Part shown: in pieces, positions 44,053 to 53,144 of the stretch
How the letters are laid out: the number at the start of each line of letters is the position of its first letter
Numbering within the stretch: position 1 is the stretch's first letter
DNA from: Muribaculaceae bacterium
GTDB taxonomy: Bacteria > Bacteroidota > Bacteroidia > Bacteroidales > Muribaculaceae
NCBI GenBank assembly: GCA_029060285.1
Contig: JAIDUH010000005.1
Location: forward strand, 1 to 63,935
Length of the DNA stretch: 63,935 bases
Reading direction: 5' to 3'
The notes under the pieces: model-generated
Database searches by the model: none
Seen by the model: the letters and a program-made list of their open reading frames with translations, nothing else
Told to the model about the DNA's origin: nothing
Position numbers and translations under genes: made by a program

Positions 44053-45882
44053 TTACAACTCACAACGCACTCCCCCTTTGTCGGCAGAAGTGACATTCGC
44101 CGCATATGCTTTCAGTGCCCGGCTCACGTGTCTGTCGCGTCCTCTCGGCGTGAACGCTTCCTTGCCGAAAGCTTCTTCTTCTGTGCGACGAGCTGCAAGC
44201 TGATCATCAGAAAGTCTTACATTGATTGTCCTTGCAGGAATATCAATATCTATAATGTCTCCATCACGGACAAGACCGACATTCCCACCGGCTGCCGCTT
44301 CCGGAGAGATGTGTCCGATAGAGAGCCCGGATGTGCCTCCGGAGAATCGTCCGTCCGTGATCAAGGCACATTCTTTTCCGAGATGCATGCTCTTGATATA
44401 GCTTGTAGGATAAAGCATCTCCTGCATGCCTGGACCACCTTTTGGCCCCTCAAATGTGATGACCACGACATCGCCGCTTGCCACTTTGCCTCCGAGGATT
44501 CCATCCACTGCTTCATCTTGGCTGTGGAATACCTTCGCAGGACCTGAAAAACGGAAGATGCTTTCATCTACACCGGCTGTCTTGACTACACACCCGTCTT
44601 TAGCAATATTACCTCTAAGCACTGCAAGCCCTCCATCTTTTACATATGCATGCTCACAGTCGCGGATGCAGCCATGCTCGCGGTCAGTATCAAGTTCGCG
44701 ATACATCATGGTCTGGCTTCCCGCCTCCGTTGTATGCACCAGTCCCGGTGCGGAACGCCAGAGAATATCAGCCTCTTCATTATATGTTTTTCCTCCTATT
44801 GCAAATTTATCGATGGCTTCCGAGAGTGTCATTCCATCTGCCCTCTTCACTGTGGTGTCGATAAGACCTTTGTCCGCAAGTTGTTTCATTATGGAGATGA
44901 TTCCACCGGCACGGTTGACGTCTTCCATATGGTAATGGGAGTTAGGGGCAACCTTGCAAAGGACCGGGACCTTTCTTGAAAGGGCATCTATATCGTCGAG
45001 CGTAAAGTCGACGCCACCTTCGTTTGCTATGGCAAGGAGATGGAGCACGGTATTAGTACTTCCCCCCATTGCAATGTCAAGCGACATTGCGTTTAGGAAC
45101 GCCTCCCGGGTGGCGACATTGCGAGGCAATACGGAGTCATCGCCGTCCCGATAATATTTATATGCATTTTCTACAATTATGCGTGCAGCCTCCTTGAAAA
45201 GCTTCATGCGGTTGACGTGGGTAGCCAGCACGCTGCCGTTGCCGGGAAGAGCAAGACCAATGGCTTCATTGAGGGAGTTCATGGAGTTGGCAGTGAACAT
45301 TCCGGAACATGATCCGCAAGTCGGGCACCCTTCGCGTTCAAGTACTTCCACCTCATTATCGGATACAGATGGATCTGCGGAGTCGATCATTATGTCGATA
45401 AGGTCAAGCCTGCGGTCGCCCGCACGTCCCGCCTCCATCGGACCTCCGGATACGAACAGCGTCGGGATATTCAGGCGCATCGCAGCCATAAGCATTCCCG
45501 GGGTGATCTTGTCGCAGTTGCTGATGCAGATCATCGCATCTGCTTTATGGGCATTGACCATATACTCGACCGAGTCTGCTATCAGGTCGCGTGAAGGAAG
45601 GGAATACAGCATTCCGTCATGTCCCATGGCGATACCATCATCGATGGCAATGGTATTGAATTCTGCGGCATAGCAACCGAGTGCTTCTATTTCTTTCTTT
45701 ATGATCTGTCCAATTTCGTGCAAGTGCGTATGTCCGGGCACAAACTGAGTGAATGAATTGACAATCGCAATTATCGGTTTGCCAAACTGCTCCTCCTTCA
45801 TGCCATTGGCTCTCCAGAGGGCACGGGCTCCGGCCATACGCCGACCTTCCGTAGTGGCCTGACTCCTCAAATGATTTACCAT
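44053..45882 (-). CDS. ilvD: Dihydroxy-acid dehydratase
   Basis: [46 protein letters not shown]. Confidence 0.98.
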   Translation of the reverse strand: MVNHLRSQATTEGRRMAGARALWRANGMKEEQFGKPIIAIVNSFTQFVPGHTHLHEIGQIIKKEIEALGCYAAEFNTIAIDDGIAMGHDGMLYSLPSRDLIADSVEYMVNAHKADAMICISNCDKITPGMLMAAMRLNIPTLFVSGGPMEAGRAGDRRLDLIDIMIDSADPSVSDNEVEVLEREGCPTCGSCSGMFTANSMNSLNEAIGLALPGNGSVLATHVNRMKLFKEAARIIVENAYKYYRDGDDSVLPRNVATREAFLNAMSLDIAMGGSTNTVLHLLAIANEGGVDFTLDDIDALSRKVPVLCKVAPNSHYHMEDVNRAGGIISIMKQLADKGLIDTTVKRADGMTLSEAIDKFAIGGKTYNEEADILWRSAPGLVHTTEAGSQTMMYRELDTDREHGCIRDCEHAYVKDGGLAVLRGNIAKDGCVVKTAGVDESIFRFSGPAKVFHSQDEAVDGILGGKVASGDVVVITFEGPKGGPGMQEMLYPTSYIKSMHLGKECALITDGRFSGGTSGLSIGHISPEAAAGGNVGLVRDGDIIDIDIPARTINVRLSDDQLAARRTEEEAFGKEAFTPRGRDRHVSRALKAYAANVTSADKGGVRCEL

Positions 45883-46009
45883 AAGATTTCCTGTTTAAAA
45901 ATGCAAAATTACATTTTTTTATCATTCCCACCAAATCTTATGACAAAATAATTTCCAAACTTCCAAAATTACATCCCTATATTACACATTTCACCTCCAA
46001 GTGTGTAAA

Positions 46010-47965
46010 TTAGCGTAGCCAGGAGGAGGGATTTTGTTTTTCGCGACCTTTCCAGACTTCGAAGTGGACGGAACCATGGCGATGGTCGTCGGGGTCCGCT
46101 CCCGCTGTGCCCAATGTATATCCACTGCTTACTTGTGTGCCGACCGAGACATTGGTGGATGCCAAATTGCCGTATACAGTATAGTAATCTCCGTGATTGA
46201 CGATTACTACATTGCCATATCCTGCAAGTTTATATACCCCGGAGACTTTTCCTCCACACACAGCCTTCACAGTGGCACCCGTAGCCACCTCGGCATCAAT
46301 GCCCGGATTGTCATATTCTATTTCAGGCATCTCAGGCATGGCATGACGTCCGAAAGGATTTGTAATACGCCAGCTTCCATCGACAGGCCTCGGCAAACTG
46401 CCTCGGAGACTGGCAAAGTTGACTGCACCCGTATTTACCCGTTTTTCTATAATCTTAGTAGTCGTCACAGCTACGGGATCCGGATTTTTAGCAGATTCCC
46501 TAACCTCGACTTTGTTTTTCAGACGACGGTCACCTTTCTTACGGGCTGTTTTCTCACTATTCCTAAGTTTCTCCCTATCCAGTTTTTCCTGCTCCTTGCG
46601 GGCTTTCTCCTCCGCCTTTGCTTTTGCTTCAGCAAACTTCCGGTCGGCCTTTTCCTTCTCTTCCTGAGCCTTTTTATATGCTTTGGCTTTTTCTTCCGCT
46701 TCTTTCTGCGCAGCTGCCTTTTCTGCCGCCGATTTCTCTGCCAGCGCCTTCTCTGCGGCTAACTTTTCTTTCAAGGCCTTTTCAGCGGCCTTCTCCGCAG
46801 CTGCTTTCTCGGCGGCAGCCTTTTCTGCCAAAGCTTTTTCAGCAGCAGCTTTCTCTGCAAGTGCTTTCCTTTCAGCCTCTTCTTTTTCTTTTGCAATGCG
46901 TTCTGCTTCAGCTTTCTCTCGCGCTATGCGCTCTGCCTCCGCTTTCTCCCTGGCCCTGCGTTCTGCCTCCGCTTTGGCCTGCTCTTGCGCAATCAAAGAT
47001 GATATAGTCTCTTTCAGACGGTTGGCCTCATTCTGTTTGGCCACAAGATGAGACTGCAAAGCGTCTCCATTACGGCGTAAAGTAGCCACAAGCTCTTCTT
47101 GCTTCTTATGGTTAGCTTCAAGTTGACGTTGAGATTTGGAAAGCTGGTCAAGAGCCACAGTCTGGGTCTCCTTCACATTCGCAAGCCGGGTGCGTTCTTT
47201 GCCGAGTTGGGTTATCTTGTCGTCTATATCCGCACTCTTCCGGGATTTCCAGTCTGAAAACTGACGCATATAGCGTATCCTTCGCATAGCCTGGTTGAAA
47301 TTGTCGGAAGCGAATATAAAAGCTAATGTTGACTGATTTTTCTTTGTCAGTCGCATCTTTTTTACAGCCTTAAGATATTCTTCACGCATCAATTTGAGTT
47401 CTGCCTCATTCTTCGAAATTTCATTACCGATAGTAGAAATTTCATTACCAAGGGAAGCCACCTTATTCTGTAATCCTTGCACTTGCTTGCGTCCGGTGGC
47501 TATTTCCGATGACAGACGGTTCAAATCCGAGAGTCCCGTCTTTATTTCCTGCTCATTAAGACGAAGTTTTTCTTTAGTCTGCTGTATCTCCCGTTGAGTT
47601 GCTTCTTGCATGCGCTTAGCCTCAGTGGAAGATTTCGGAGCAGTGGGGGTCTGTTTCTTTCCTTGAGAGGATACCTTCTTCTGACTTTGGGCAGACTTTT
47701 TCTGATTGGATGTCGTCTTCTTTTGACTCTGTGTAGGCTTCTTCTGCGTTGACGAAGATTTCTTAGAGGAGACAGCCTTTTTTCGGTCAGCAGCACCTTT
47801 TTTCTGCGTTCCCGATGTCCCCTTTTTCTTCTTAGCAGTTGCAGTCTTAGTCTGCGCCACCGCAGTTCCACCCCAATCAAAATCAGGAATACAGCAAACA
47901 AGCATCATGGCCACCAAAGCAACCAGAGGCTTTACATAAAACTTGCTTGTCAAGAAACGCTCCAT
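46010..47965 (-). CDS. EnvC-like murein hydrolase activator (coiled coil + M23 domain)
   Basis: Signal/TM region, long coiled coil with AEKA repeats, C-terminal NPGIDAE...VIVNHG...YGNL...HFEVW (degenerate M23 metal ligands). Confidence 0.88.
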   Translation of the reverse strand: MERFLTSKFYVKPLVALVAMMLVCCIPDFDWGGTAVAQTKTATAKKKKGTSGTQKKGAADRKKAVSSKKSSSTQKKPTQSQKKTTSNQKKSAQSQKKVSSQGKKQTPTAPKSSTEAKRMQEATQREIQQTKEKLRLNEQEIKTGLSDLNRLSSEIATGRKQVQGLQNKVASLGNEISTIGNEISKNEAELKLMREEYLKAVKKMRLTKKNQSTLAFIFASDNFNQAMRRIRYMRQFSDWKSRKSADIDDKITQLGKERTRLANVKETQTVALDQLSKSQRQLEANHKKQEELVATLRRNGDALQSHLVAKQNEANRLKETISSLIAQEQAKAEAERRAREKAEAERIAREKAEAERIAKEKEEAERKALAEKAAAEKALAEKAAAEKAAAEKAAEKALKEKLAAEKALAEKSAAEKAAAQKEAEEKAKAYKKAQEEKEKADRKFAEAKAKAEEKARKEQEKLDREKLRNSEKTARKKGDRRLKNKVEVRESAKNPDPVAVTTTKIIEKRVNTGAVNFASLRGSLPRPVDGSWRITNPFGRHAMPEMPEIEYDNPGIDAEVATGATVKAVCGGKVSGVYKLAGYGNVVIVNHGDYYTVYGNLASTNVSVGTQVSSGYTLGTAGADPDDHRHGSVHFEVWKGREKQNPSSWLR

Positions 47966-47972
47966 CGATCAG

Positions 47973-47993
47973 ATTATGAATTATGAATTATGA
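47973..47993 (-). repeat. (ATTATGA)3 heptamer array after the DUF4292 stop
   Basis: Minus-strand TCATAAT units, the same family as the arrays at 11433 and 31265. Confidence 0.8.
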
Positions 47994-48000
47994 AAATTAT

Positions 48001-48861
48001 TTAAAACCTCATCAGCTCCTTAAAGTCTACTTTCCTATATTTCGGACCAAGATCCGTGAATTCAAGCGGCGTAGGATTATATTCAGGATAAGAAAGCTGA
48101 GCCTCCCCTTTAAGTTTCTTCTTGGGCAGTGAAATTTCTATTCCAAGAGTCCAGCCATTATCAGCATATTGATATTTCGTCTCGATTACAACTCCAGACT
48201 TCTTGAGCATCAGCAAAAAAGACTGCAATTGCCACATTGAATCCATGACAAATCCATATTCCGTATCAGTCAACTGCAACTCAGAGGAAGGATAAATTAA
48301 ATTCTCCCCTGTCGGTAATGCCAACCATTGCGAAAGAGAAGCGAGCTCCGACGTCAGACGTCCATGCCCGGGAAATGCCACCTGCCCCAACATCACATCC
48401 TGAAGATCTGAAAGATAAGCCTTCGAGTCTACATTTAATCCGGCAAATGACTGGACATTATAAGTACGCGAATGTTTGTTGATCAATACAATGGAATCTT
48501 GAGACACCTCTACTCGGGCCACCTCTCCGAAGAAAGGTGCTCGTGCAGACAGAATGATGGATTCTCCTCTCTTCATATATATCTTTACATTGACAGCCAT
48601 AGGAAGCCCATCGAAATTAAGCTTTCCCTGCATAGCCAATTCATTCCAGTCGGAATCATAATTAGCAATGACAGTGTCAGTTGCCACAGCAATTTCTTCA
48701 AGAGTCAGTAGTCTCGAAGTGTTGGTGGATTCAGGTTCCAACGCTTCTGCAGGTTCTCCCGGAAGACATATTGCAATTGAGTCAGGAGCTGTCTGGCCCG
48801 ACATCTCAAAAGCCGAAATTATTACTGCCAGCACCAATACTATTTTCTTAATCCAATCCAT
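48001..48861 (-). CDS. DUF4292 domain protein
   Basis: IYMKRGESIILSAR...GEVARV...DSIVLINK. Conserved TPR-DUF4292-EnvC order. Confidence 0.75.
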   Translation of the reverse strand: MDWIKKIVLVLAVIISAFEMSGQTAPDSIAICLPGEPAEALEPESTNTSRLLTLEEIAVATDTVIANYDSDWNELAMQGKLNFDGLPMAVNVKIYMKRGESIILSARAPFFGEVARVEVSQDSIVLINKHSRTYNVQSFAGLNVDSKAYLSDLQDVMLGQVAFPGHGRLTSELASLSQWLALPTGENLIYPSSELQLTDTEYGFVMDSMWQLQSFLLMLKKSGVVIETKYQYADNGWTLGIEISLPKKKLKGEAQLSYPEYNPTPLEFTDLGPKYRKVDFKELMRF

Positions 48862-48893
48862 ATATCTATACAGTATCGAAACAATTTATAGTT

Positions 48894-48935
48894 AATCGTC
48901 GATCGTTGATCGTTAATCGTTGATCGTTAATCGTT
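48894..48935 (-). repeat. AACGATY heptamer array spanning the TPR gene stop
   Basis: Six units (aatcgtt/gatcgtt on the plus strand), the same family as at the dapF stop. Confidence 0.88.
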
Positions 48936-50736
48936 TATTTCTAACTTTCTCAGCAATTTTCTTGTTGTCTTTGTCAAATTCAAGAGCTTTTTTCCAGCTT
49001 TCAACAGCCTTGTCTTTCTGACCGCAACGATATTGGATATCTCCGAAATGATCCCAATATTCCCCTGAAGCCTCGGCATCGGGCGACAAGGTCTCCATAG
49101 CCTTTTCCTGAATCATCAATGCATCGGCATACTGTCCTTTCAGATAGAGGATCCACGCCAATGTATCGAGATATGTAGGATTTTCCGGTTGTTCCTCTAC
49201 GGCCCGACGGCTAAGTTCCTCTGCCCTGTCAAGGTCTCCACCACCAAGAGCAAGATAATAGGCATAATTGTTAAGCACGAGTGCGCTCTCAGGATTGAGA
49301 GCAAGCACCACATCGTATTCTTTGGTAGCACTCTCTATATCTCCTGTCTTGAAACTTCCGTCTCCAACCATCTGGAAGAGTTCTGCCACTCTCATCAATC
49401 CTTCATAAGAAATTTTGCCGGCTTTCTGCAACATAGTCTTGGAATCATCGGTCAAAAGCGCTCCCGGAAGTTCCATCTCAAGAAGTTGCTGATATACTCC
49501 TCTCGCCTTATCATATTTGCCGGCAAGCGAAGAAGCGGTGCCATATATCAGAAGCAACCCTCGGGGCACTTCATCAAGCTTAGCCATAGCCTTCTCACAT
49601 GTTGCAATGGCATTATCATATTCGTCATCGGCAAAATAGAAATGAGCGAGACGTATCCAATAGTCAGGATTCTCTGGTTCAAGATCAGTGGCGTAAGCCA
49701 TCAATTCCCTGGCTCTTGCATAGTCGCCAATGGTAGCGGAATACTGCGCCCCGAGGTCAAGCACCTTGGGCTCGTGGGGGTACTGGAGAAGCAATCCGTC
49801 AAAGAGCCTTGCACCACGGCGAGAATCGGCTGTGGTATCGGAGATTATATTCTGCATATATCGTGTCATCATATCGAGTTTCTCCTCAAGCATGATGTTT
49901 TCACTCAATATAGCCTCCCTACTTTTTTGATCGTAGGCTGCCGAATCCCCGAGCTGAAGATAATAATTGGCAAGGGTAAGTTTCACTTTGCCATCATCGG
50001 GATCAAGTGCTTCTGCAAGCTGATAGCTTACGAGTGCCGAGTCAGGCATCTCAAGAGCTTCCATTGCATTGCCACGAATCAGAAGGTATTCAGTACTGAG
50101 CGGATTCTCTTTCACAAGACGGGCACTTTCGTTGAGAAGACCTGCCGTATCACCCTTCATATACATGAGTGAGAATTTTCTCAGAGCGATATCCGGGTCA
50201 TTTCCCTCAATACGCTCATACCGTTCCAATGTGGATATAGCCTTATCCAAGTCTTGTTTGGCAGAATAATACTGAGCAAGCTGAAGCAAGATGTTTGGAA
50301 GATTTCCGGAAAGTGTGTCGGAACGTTCTGCTACGCGGATTGCCTCATCGAGATCACCCGAGCGGGCAACGAGAAAGGAATAATTCATGGCCTCCTCAGT
50401 CTCTTTCGGATACAGGTCAACATAAGCACGCATCATGGATATTGATTTTCCTATTTCCGTAGGACTCATCAATGTGTCGTTTCGAAGTGTCATGCGCATC
50501 AAGGCATATGTATAATTGGCCTCCGCATAGTCCGGATCGGTCTGGGCAGCCTTCTTTATAAGCTCATAAGCCTCTGAATTGCGCCCTTCTGCGAGGGCTA
50601 CGCTACCCTCAACATAGTAATAGCGGGCTTTAGCTCTATTGGAGTCGATTGCCTTCGAAGATTTCGCCGCTACAGCACCGAGAGTGGCAGCCATCACCAT
50701 CAAAGCCATGACTATCCTTATGTATACTTTCTTCAT
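48913..50736 (-). CDS. Tetratricopeptide repeat protein (exported)
   Basis: Signal peptide and many TPRs including VLNNYAYYLA and YLDTLAWILY. Confidence 0.9.
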   Translation of the reverse strand: MKKVYIRIVMALMVMAATLGAVAAKSSKAIDSNRAKARYYYVEGSVALAEGRNSEAYELIKKAAQTDPDYAEANYTYALMRMTLRNDTLMSPTEIGKSISMMRAYVDLYPKETEEAMNYSFLVARSGDLDEAIRVAERSDTLSGNLPNILLQLAQYYSAKQDLDKAISTLERYERIEGNDPDIALRKFSLMYMKGDTAGLLNESARLVKENPLSTEYLLIRGNAMEALEMPDSALVSYQLAEALDPDDGKVKLTLANYYLQLGDSAAYDQKSREAILSENIMLEEKLDMMTRYMQNIISDTTADSRRGARLFDGLLLQYPHEPKVLDLGAQYSATIGDYARARELMAYATDLEPENPDYWIRLAHFYFADDEYDNAIATCEKAMAKLDEVPRGLLLIYGTASSLAGKYDKARGVYQQLLEMELPGALLTDDSKTMLQKAGKISYEGLMRVAELFQMVGDGSFKTGDIESATKEYDVVLALNPESALVLNNYAYYLALGGGDLDRAEELSRRAVEEQPENPTYLDTLAWILYLKGQYADALMIQEKAMETLSPDAEASGEYWDHFGDIQYRCGQKDKAVESWKKALEFDKDNKKIAEKVRNKRLTIND

Positions 50737-50884
50737 AATCCTTTTGTTTCTATAACTTCAATCTGCAAATTTACTACTTTTTTTTCAAACGCAGTCAGCA
50801 AAACGACAATTTCATTAAAATTAACACTCTTGTTTATAGAATTTTTTCTAATTTTATTCTCAGATTATATTTTTTCCATATTGG

Positions 50885-50913
50885 CATGCAGTATTTCGAC
50901 TGATGCAATATCT
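50885..50913 (+). promoter_or_regulatory. Candidate ECF-dependent promoter (autoregulatory, near-leaderless)
   Basis: CATGCAGTATT-N12-ATATCT ending 8 nt before the GTG start. Same motif and spacing at 52627. Confidence 0.65.
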
Positions 50914-50921
50914 TATCTGAT

Positions 50922-52598
50922 GTGAGACAGCTTGAACTTGATATCGACAACCAGACCCTCGTGGACGAATGCAGAAGCGGAGACAGGGATGCAATGAGCA
51001 TTCTCTATACCCGCTTCGCTCCTCGTATGCTCCATCTCATATCCAGATATGTAAGCGACAGAGACAGCACACAAGACATACTTCACGATGGTTTCATAGC
51101 CGCATTCACACACCTCGACACTCTCCGAGACCCGGAACGTATTGAATTATGGCTCGCCACCATAATGAAAAACCTTTCCTTGAAGTACCTTCAGGAACAG
51201 AGTGTCACCTCCATTCTTGATGAAATGCCGGAGACGATAGAGGAATCTGAAGTTGACGATGTAATAGATTTTGCCACTCTTGAATCACTCATAAGGCAAC
51301 TTCCCGAAGGATATCAAAAAGTGTTCCGTCTTGCAGTTCTCGAAAATAAATCGCATAAGGAGATTTCTGAAATCCTCGGTATAGCACCAAACTCATCTTC
51401 TTCTCAGCTCTTTCATGCGAAATTGCGTCTGCGTGAACTGATAAAAGACTATCAGCTAAGGGCAGGTCTACTTTCTTTTCTGCTCATGCTTGCCTCAGCG
51501 GGCATACTCTTACTTTACTGGGATATTGACATACTGCCTTCGTCAGATCGTTTAATGACTGATTCAAGCAAGCAAAGACCGATATCAAGCCTTGACAATA
51601 AAGTTGAGCCCTTGCATGAAAACTTCTCTAATGACGAATCGACATTACCGGTCATTCAAAAGACTCGACGCATCTCCATGCAAAATAAGCATACGAAAGT
51701 GGTGGGAGGAAATGATGACAAAGTTTCGGGAGATTCCATTCTGATCTACTCCGCAAATCCATCTACATCAGTATCCGATTCAGCAGAATACTCCAGTCCC
51801 GCTTTAGAAATGAAAAACCAATCGGGAAAGCCTCATCAGGATAGTGAATTCAGCTTATCCGACCGACTCTTTGCGCAATTGCCTCATAAGGCCACTACCG
51901 GCAAAGGTTGGTCTGTCGGCATAACCGTCGAACCCGGAATGCTCAGTTTCAACGGTATAAACATGGGAGTGCTCGACAGCAGTAGACCGCCACAAGAAAC
52001 GGAGCAGCCCCCATATGGACCAGATGAAGATACCAACTCATCTTCCACTCCAGCCAAGATGCCACGTAGCAAACAAGACATAGTGAATTACTTGGGGTCA
52101 GCATCCCGCTGCCACTACCTTCCTTTATCTTTTGCTCTCACTTCAGAGAAGAAATTATCTTCAATATTTGGCATTGAGACCGGCATAGGATACTCTTATC
52201 TCCATTCTGATTTTGAACACTACTCAAACAATGGCAGTAATGTATCAACCTGCCATTGGCATTATCTGGAAATTCCTTTGAAAATGAATTTATATGCCTA
52301 TACTTCCTCTCGGATTAATATATATTTCGGACTGGGAGGAAGAGTGTCTGTTCCAGTATATTCATATGCACATATTGCTCCGAATCCTTACTGCCGGAGT
52401 GGGCGTTTCAATTCAAAACCCGTATGGTCAGCTGGAGGAAGTGTGGGCATGGCTTTCCGTCTGTCGAAACATTTAGATGTCTTCGTGGAGCCTTCATTAC
52501 AATACCACTTCCCTCAGGAAAGTACGATTCCCAACATCTGGACTGACGATGAGCCGTGGAGCATCTCGATTCCAATAGGATTCCGCTTCCGCTGGTAA
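50922..52598 (+). CDS. ECF sigma-70 factor fused to a TM helix, Ser/Asp-rich linker and C-terminal outer-membrane beta-barrel domain
   Basis: Region 2 DILHDGFIAAF...WLATIMKN, region 4 LPEGYQKVFRL...SHKEISEILGI...SSSQLFHAK, TM AGLLSFLLMLASAGILLLYW, barrel strands FGIETGIGYS, HYLEIPL, VFVEPSLQY and terminal GFRFRW. One uninterrupted 558-aa frame. Confidence 0.85.
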   Translation: MRQLELDIDNQTLVDECRSGDRDAMSILYTRFAPRMLHLISRYVSDRDSTQDILHDGFIAAFTHLDTLRDPERIELWLATIMKNLSLKYLQEQSVTSILDEMPETIEESEVDDVIDFATLESLIRQLPEGYQKVFRLAVLENKSHKEISEILGIAPNSSSSQLFHAKLRLRELIKDYQLRAGLLSFLLMLASAGILLLYWDIDILPSSDRLMTDSSKQRPISSLDNKVEPLHENFSNDESTLPVIQKTRRISMQNKHTKVVGGNDDKVSGDSILIYSANPSTSVSDSAEYSSPALEMKNQSGKPHQDSEFSLSDRLFAQLPHKATTGKGWSVGITVEPGMLSFNGINMGVLDSSRPPQETEQPPYGPDEDTNSSSTPAKMPRSKQDIVNYLGSASRCHYLPLSFALTSEKKLSSIFGIETGIGYSYLHSDFEHYSNNGSNVSTCHWHYLEIPLKMNLYAYTSSRINIYFGLGGRVSVPVYSYAHIAPNPYCRSGRFNSKPVWSAGGSVGMAFRLSKHLDVFVEPSLQYHFPQESTIPNIWTDDEPWSISIPIGFRFRW

Positions 52599-52626
52599 AA
52601 TAAGTTACAAGTTTTTTCCTTATCCA

Positions 52627-52655
52627 CATGCAGTATTCATCATAAACTCGTATCT
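52627..52655 (+). promoter_or_regulatory. Candidate ECF-dependent promoter of the lipoprotein-radical SAM operon
   Basis: CATGCAGTATT-N12-GTATCT. Confidence 0.65.
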
Positions 52656-52679
52656 ATAAAATAAAGAACAAAAAATTGT

Positions 52680-53144
52680 ATGTATATGAAACTTATCGAT
52701 CTTAGACCCTCTTCCTTTCTCACCGCTATCTGTTCAGCACTGCTTTCGCTTTTAGGATTCGGATGCTCCGCTATTAATCCGGACGAACCATGTATGTACG
52801 GCATGCCGACCGGGGACTTCGAAATAAAAGGATCGGTGACCACAGAAGAAGGGGAAGCTGTAGCTGATGCTGAAATACGGGTGACCCATCGCGATGTGCC
52901 TTCCGGAGAATTTTCATTCACCACTGTCGCTACCGACATTGAAGGACAATATTTTGCCAAAGGAGAATCATACGCAGATCGGGAAGTAAAAGTAGTGTGC
53001 CTGCCTTCCACCCCGGAACTTGAGGCAGATTCAGTTATCGTCACACTGAATTATAACAAAGAGAATGCCAGCTTTTGGTATGCGGGTGATGCCAAAGAAA
53101 TTGTCAACTTTAAGCTGAAATCAAAGGATTCTAAACAAGAATGA
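52680..53144 (+). CDS. Radical SAM-associated putative lipoprotein (TIGR04134-like)
   Basis: Lipobox LLGFG-C, then CMYGMP motif and a beta-sandwich (FEIKGSVT...ATDIEGQY). ATGA overlap with the radical SAM gene. Confidence 0.8.
   Translation: MYMKLIDLRPSSFLTAICSALLSLLGFGCSAINPDEPCMYGMPTGDFEIKGSVTTEEGEAVADAEIRVTHRDVPSGEFSFTTVATDIEGQYFAKGESYADREVKVVCLPSTPELEADSVIVTLNYNKENASFWYAGDAKEIVNFKLKSKDSKQE

Noticed and set aside
45883-46009. Ile/Leu/Val leader-peptide attenuator upstream of ilvD
   Set aside because: A TAATTTTG -7 element lies only about 20 nt from the start codon. No leader ORF or terminator is visible.
46620-47000. GCN/AAR-rich repeats as a separate repeat element or TolA gene
   Set aside because: They are the AEKA coiled-coil coding repeats within the EnvC-like gene.
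49189-50172. 327-aa plus-strand ORF
   Set aside because: Antisense shadow of the TPR gene.
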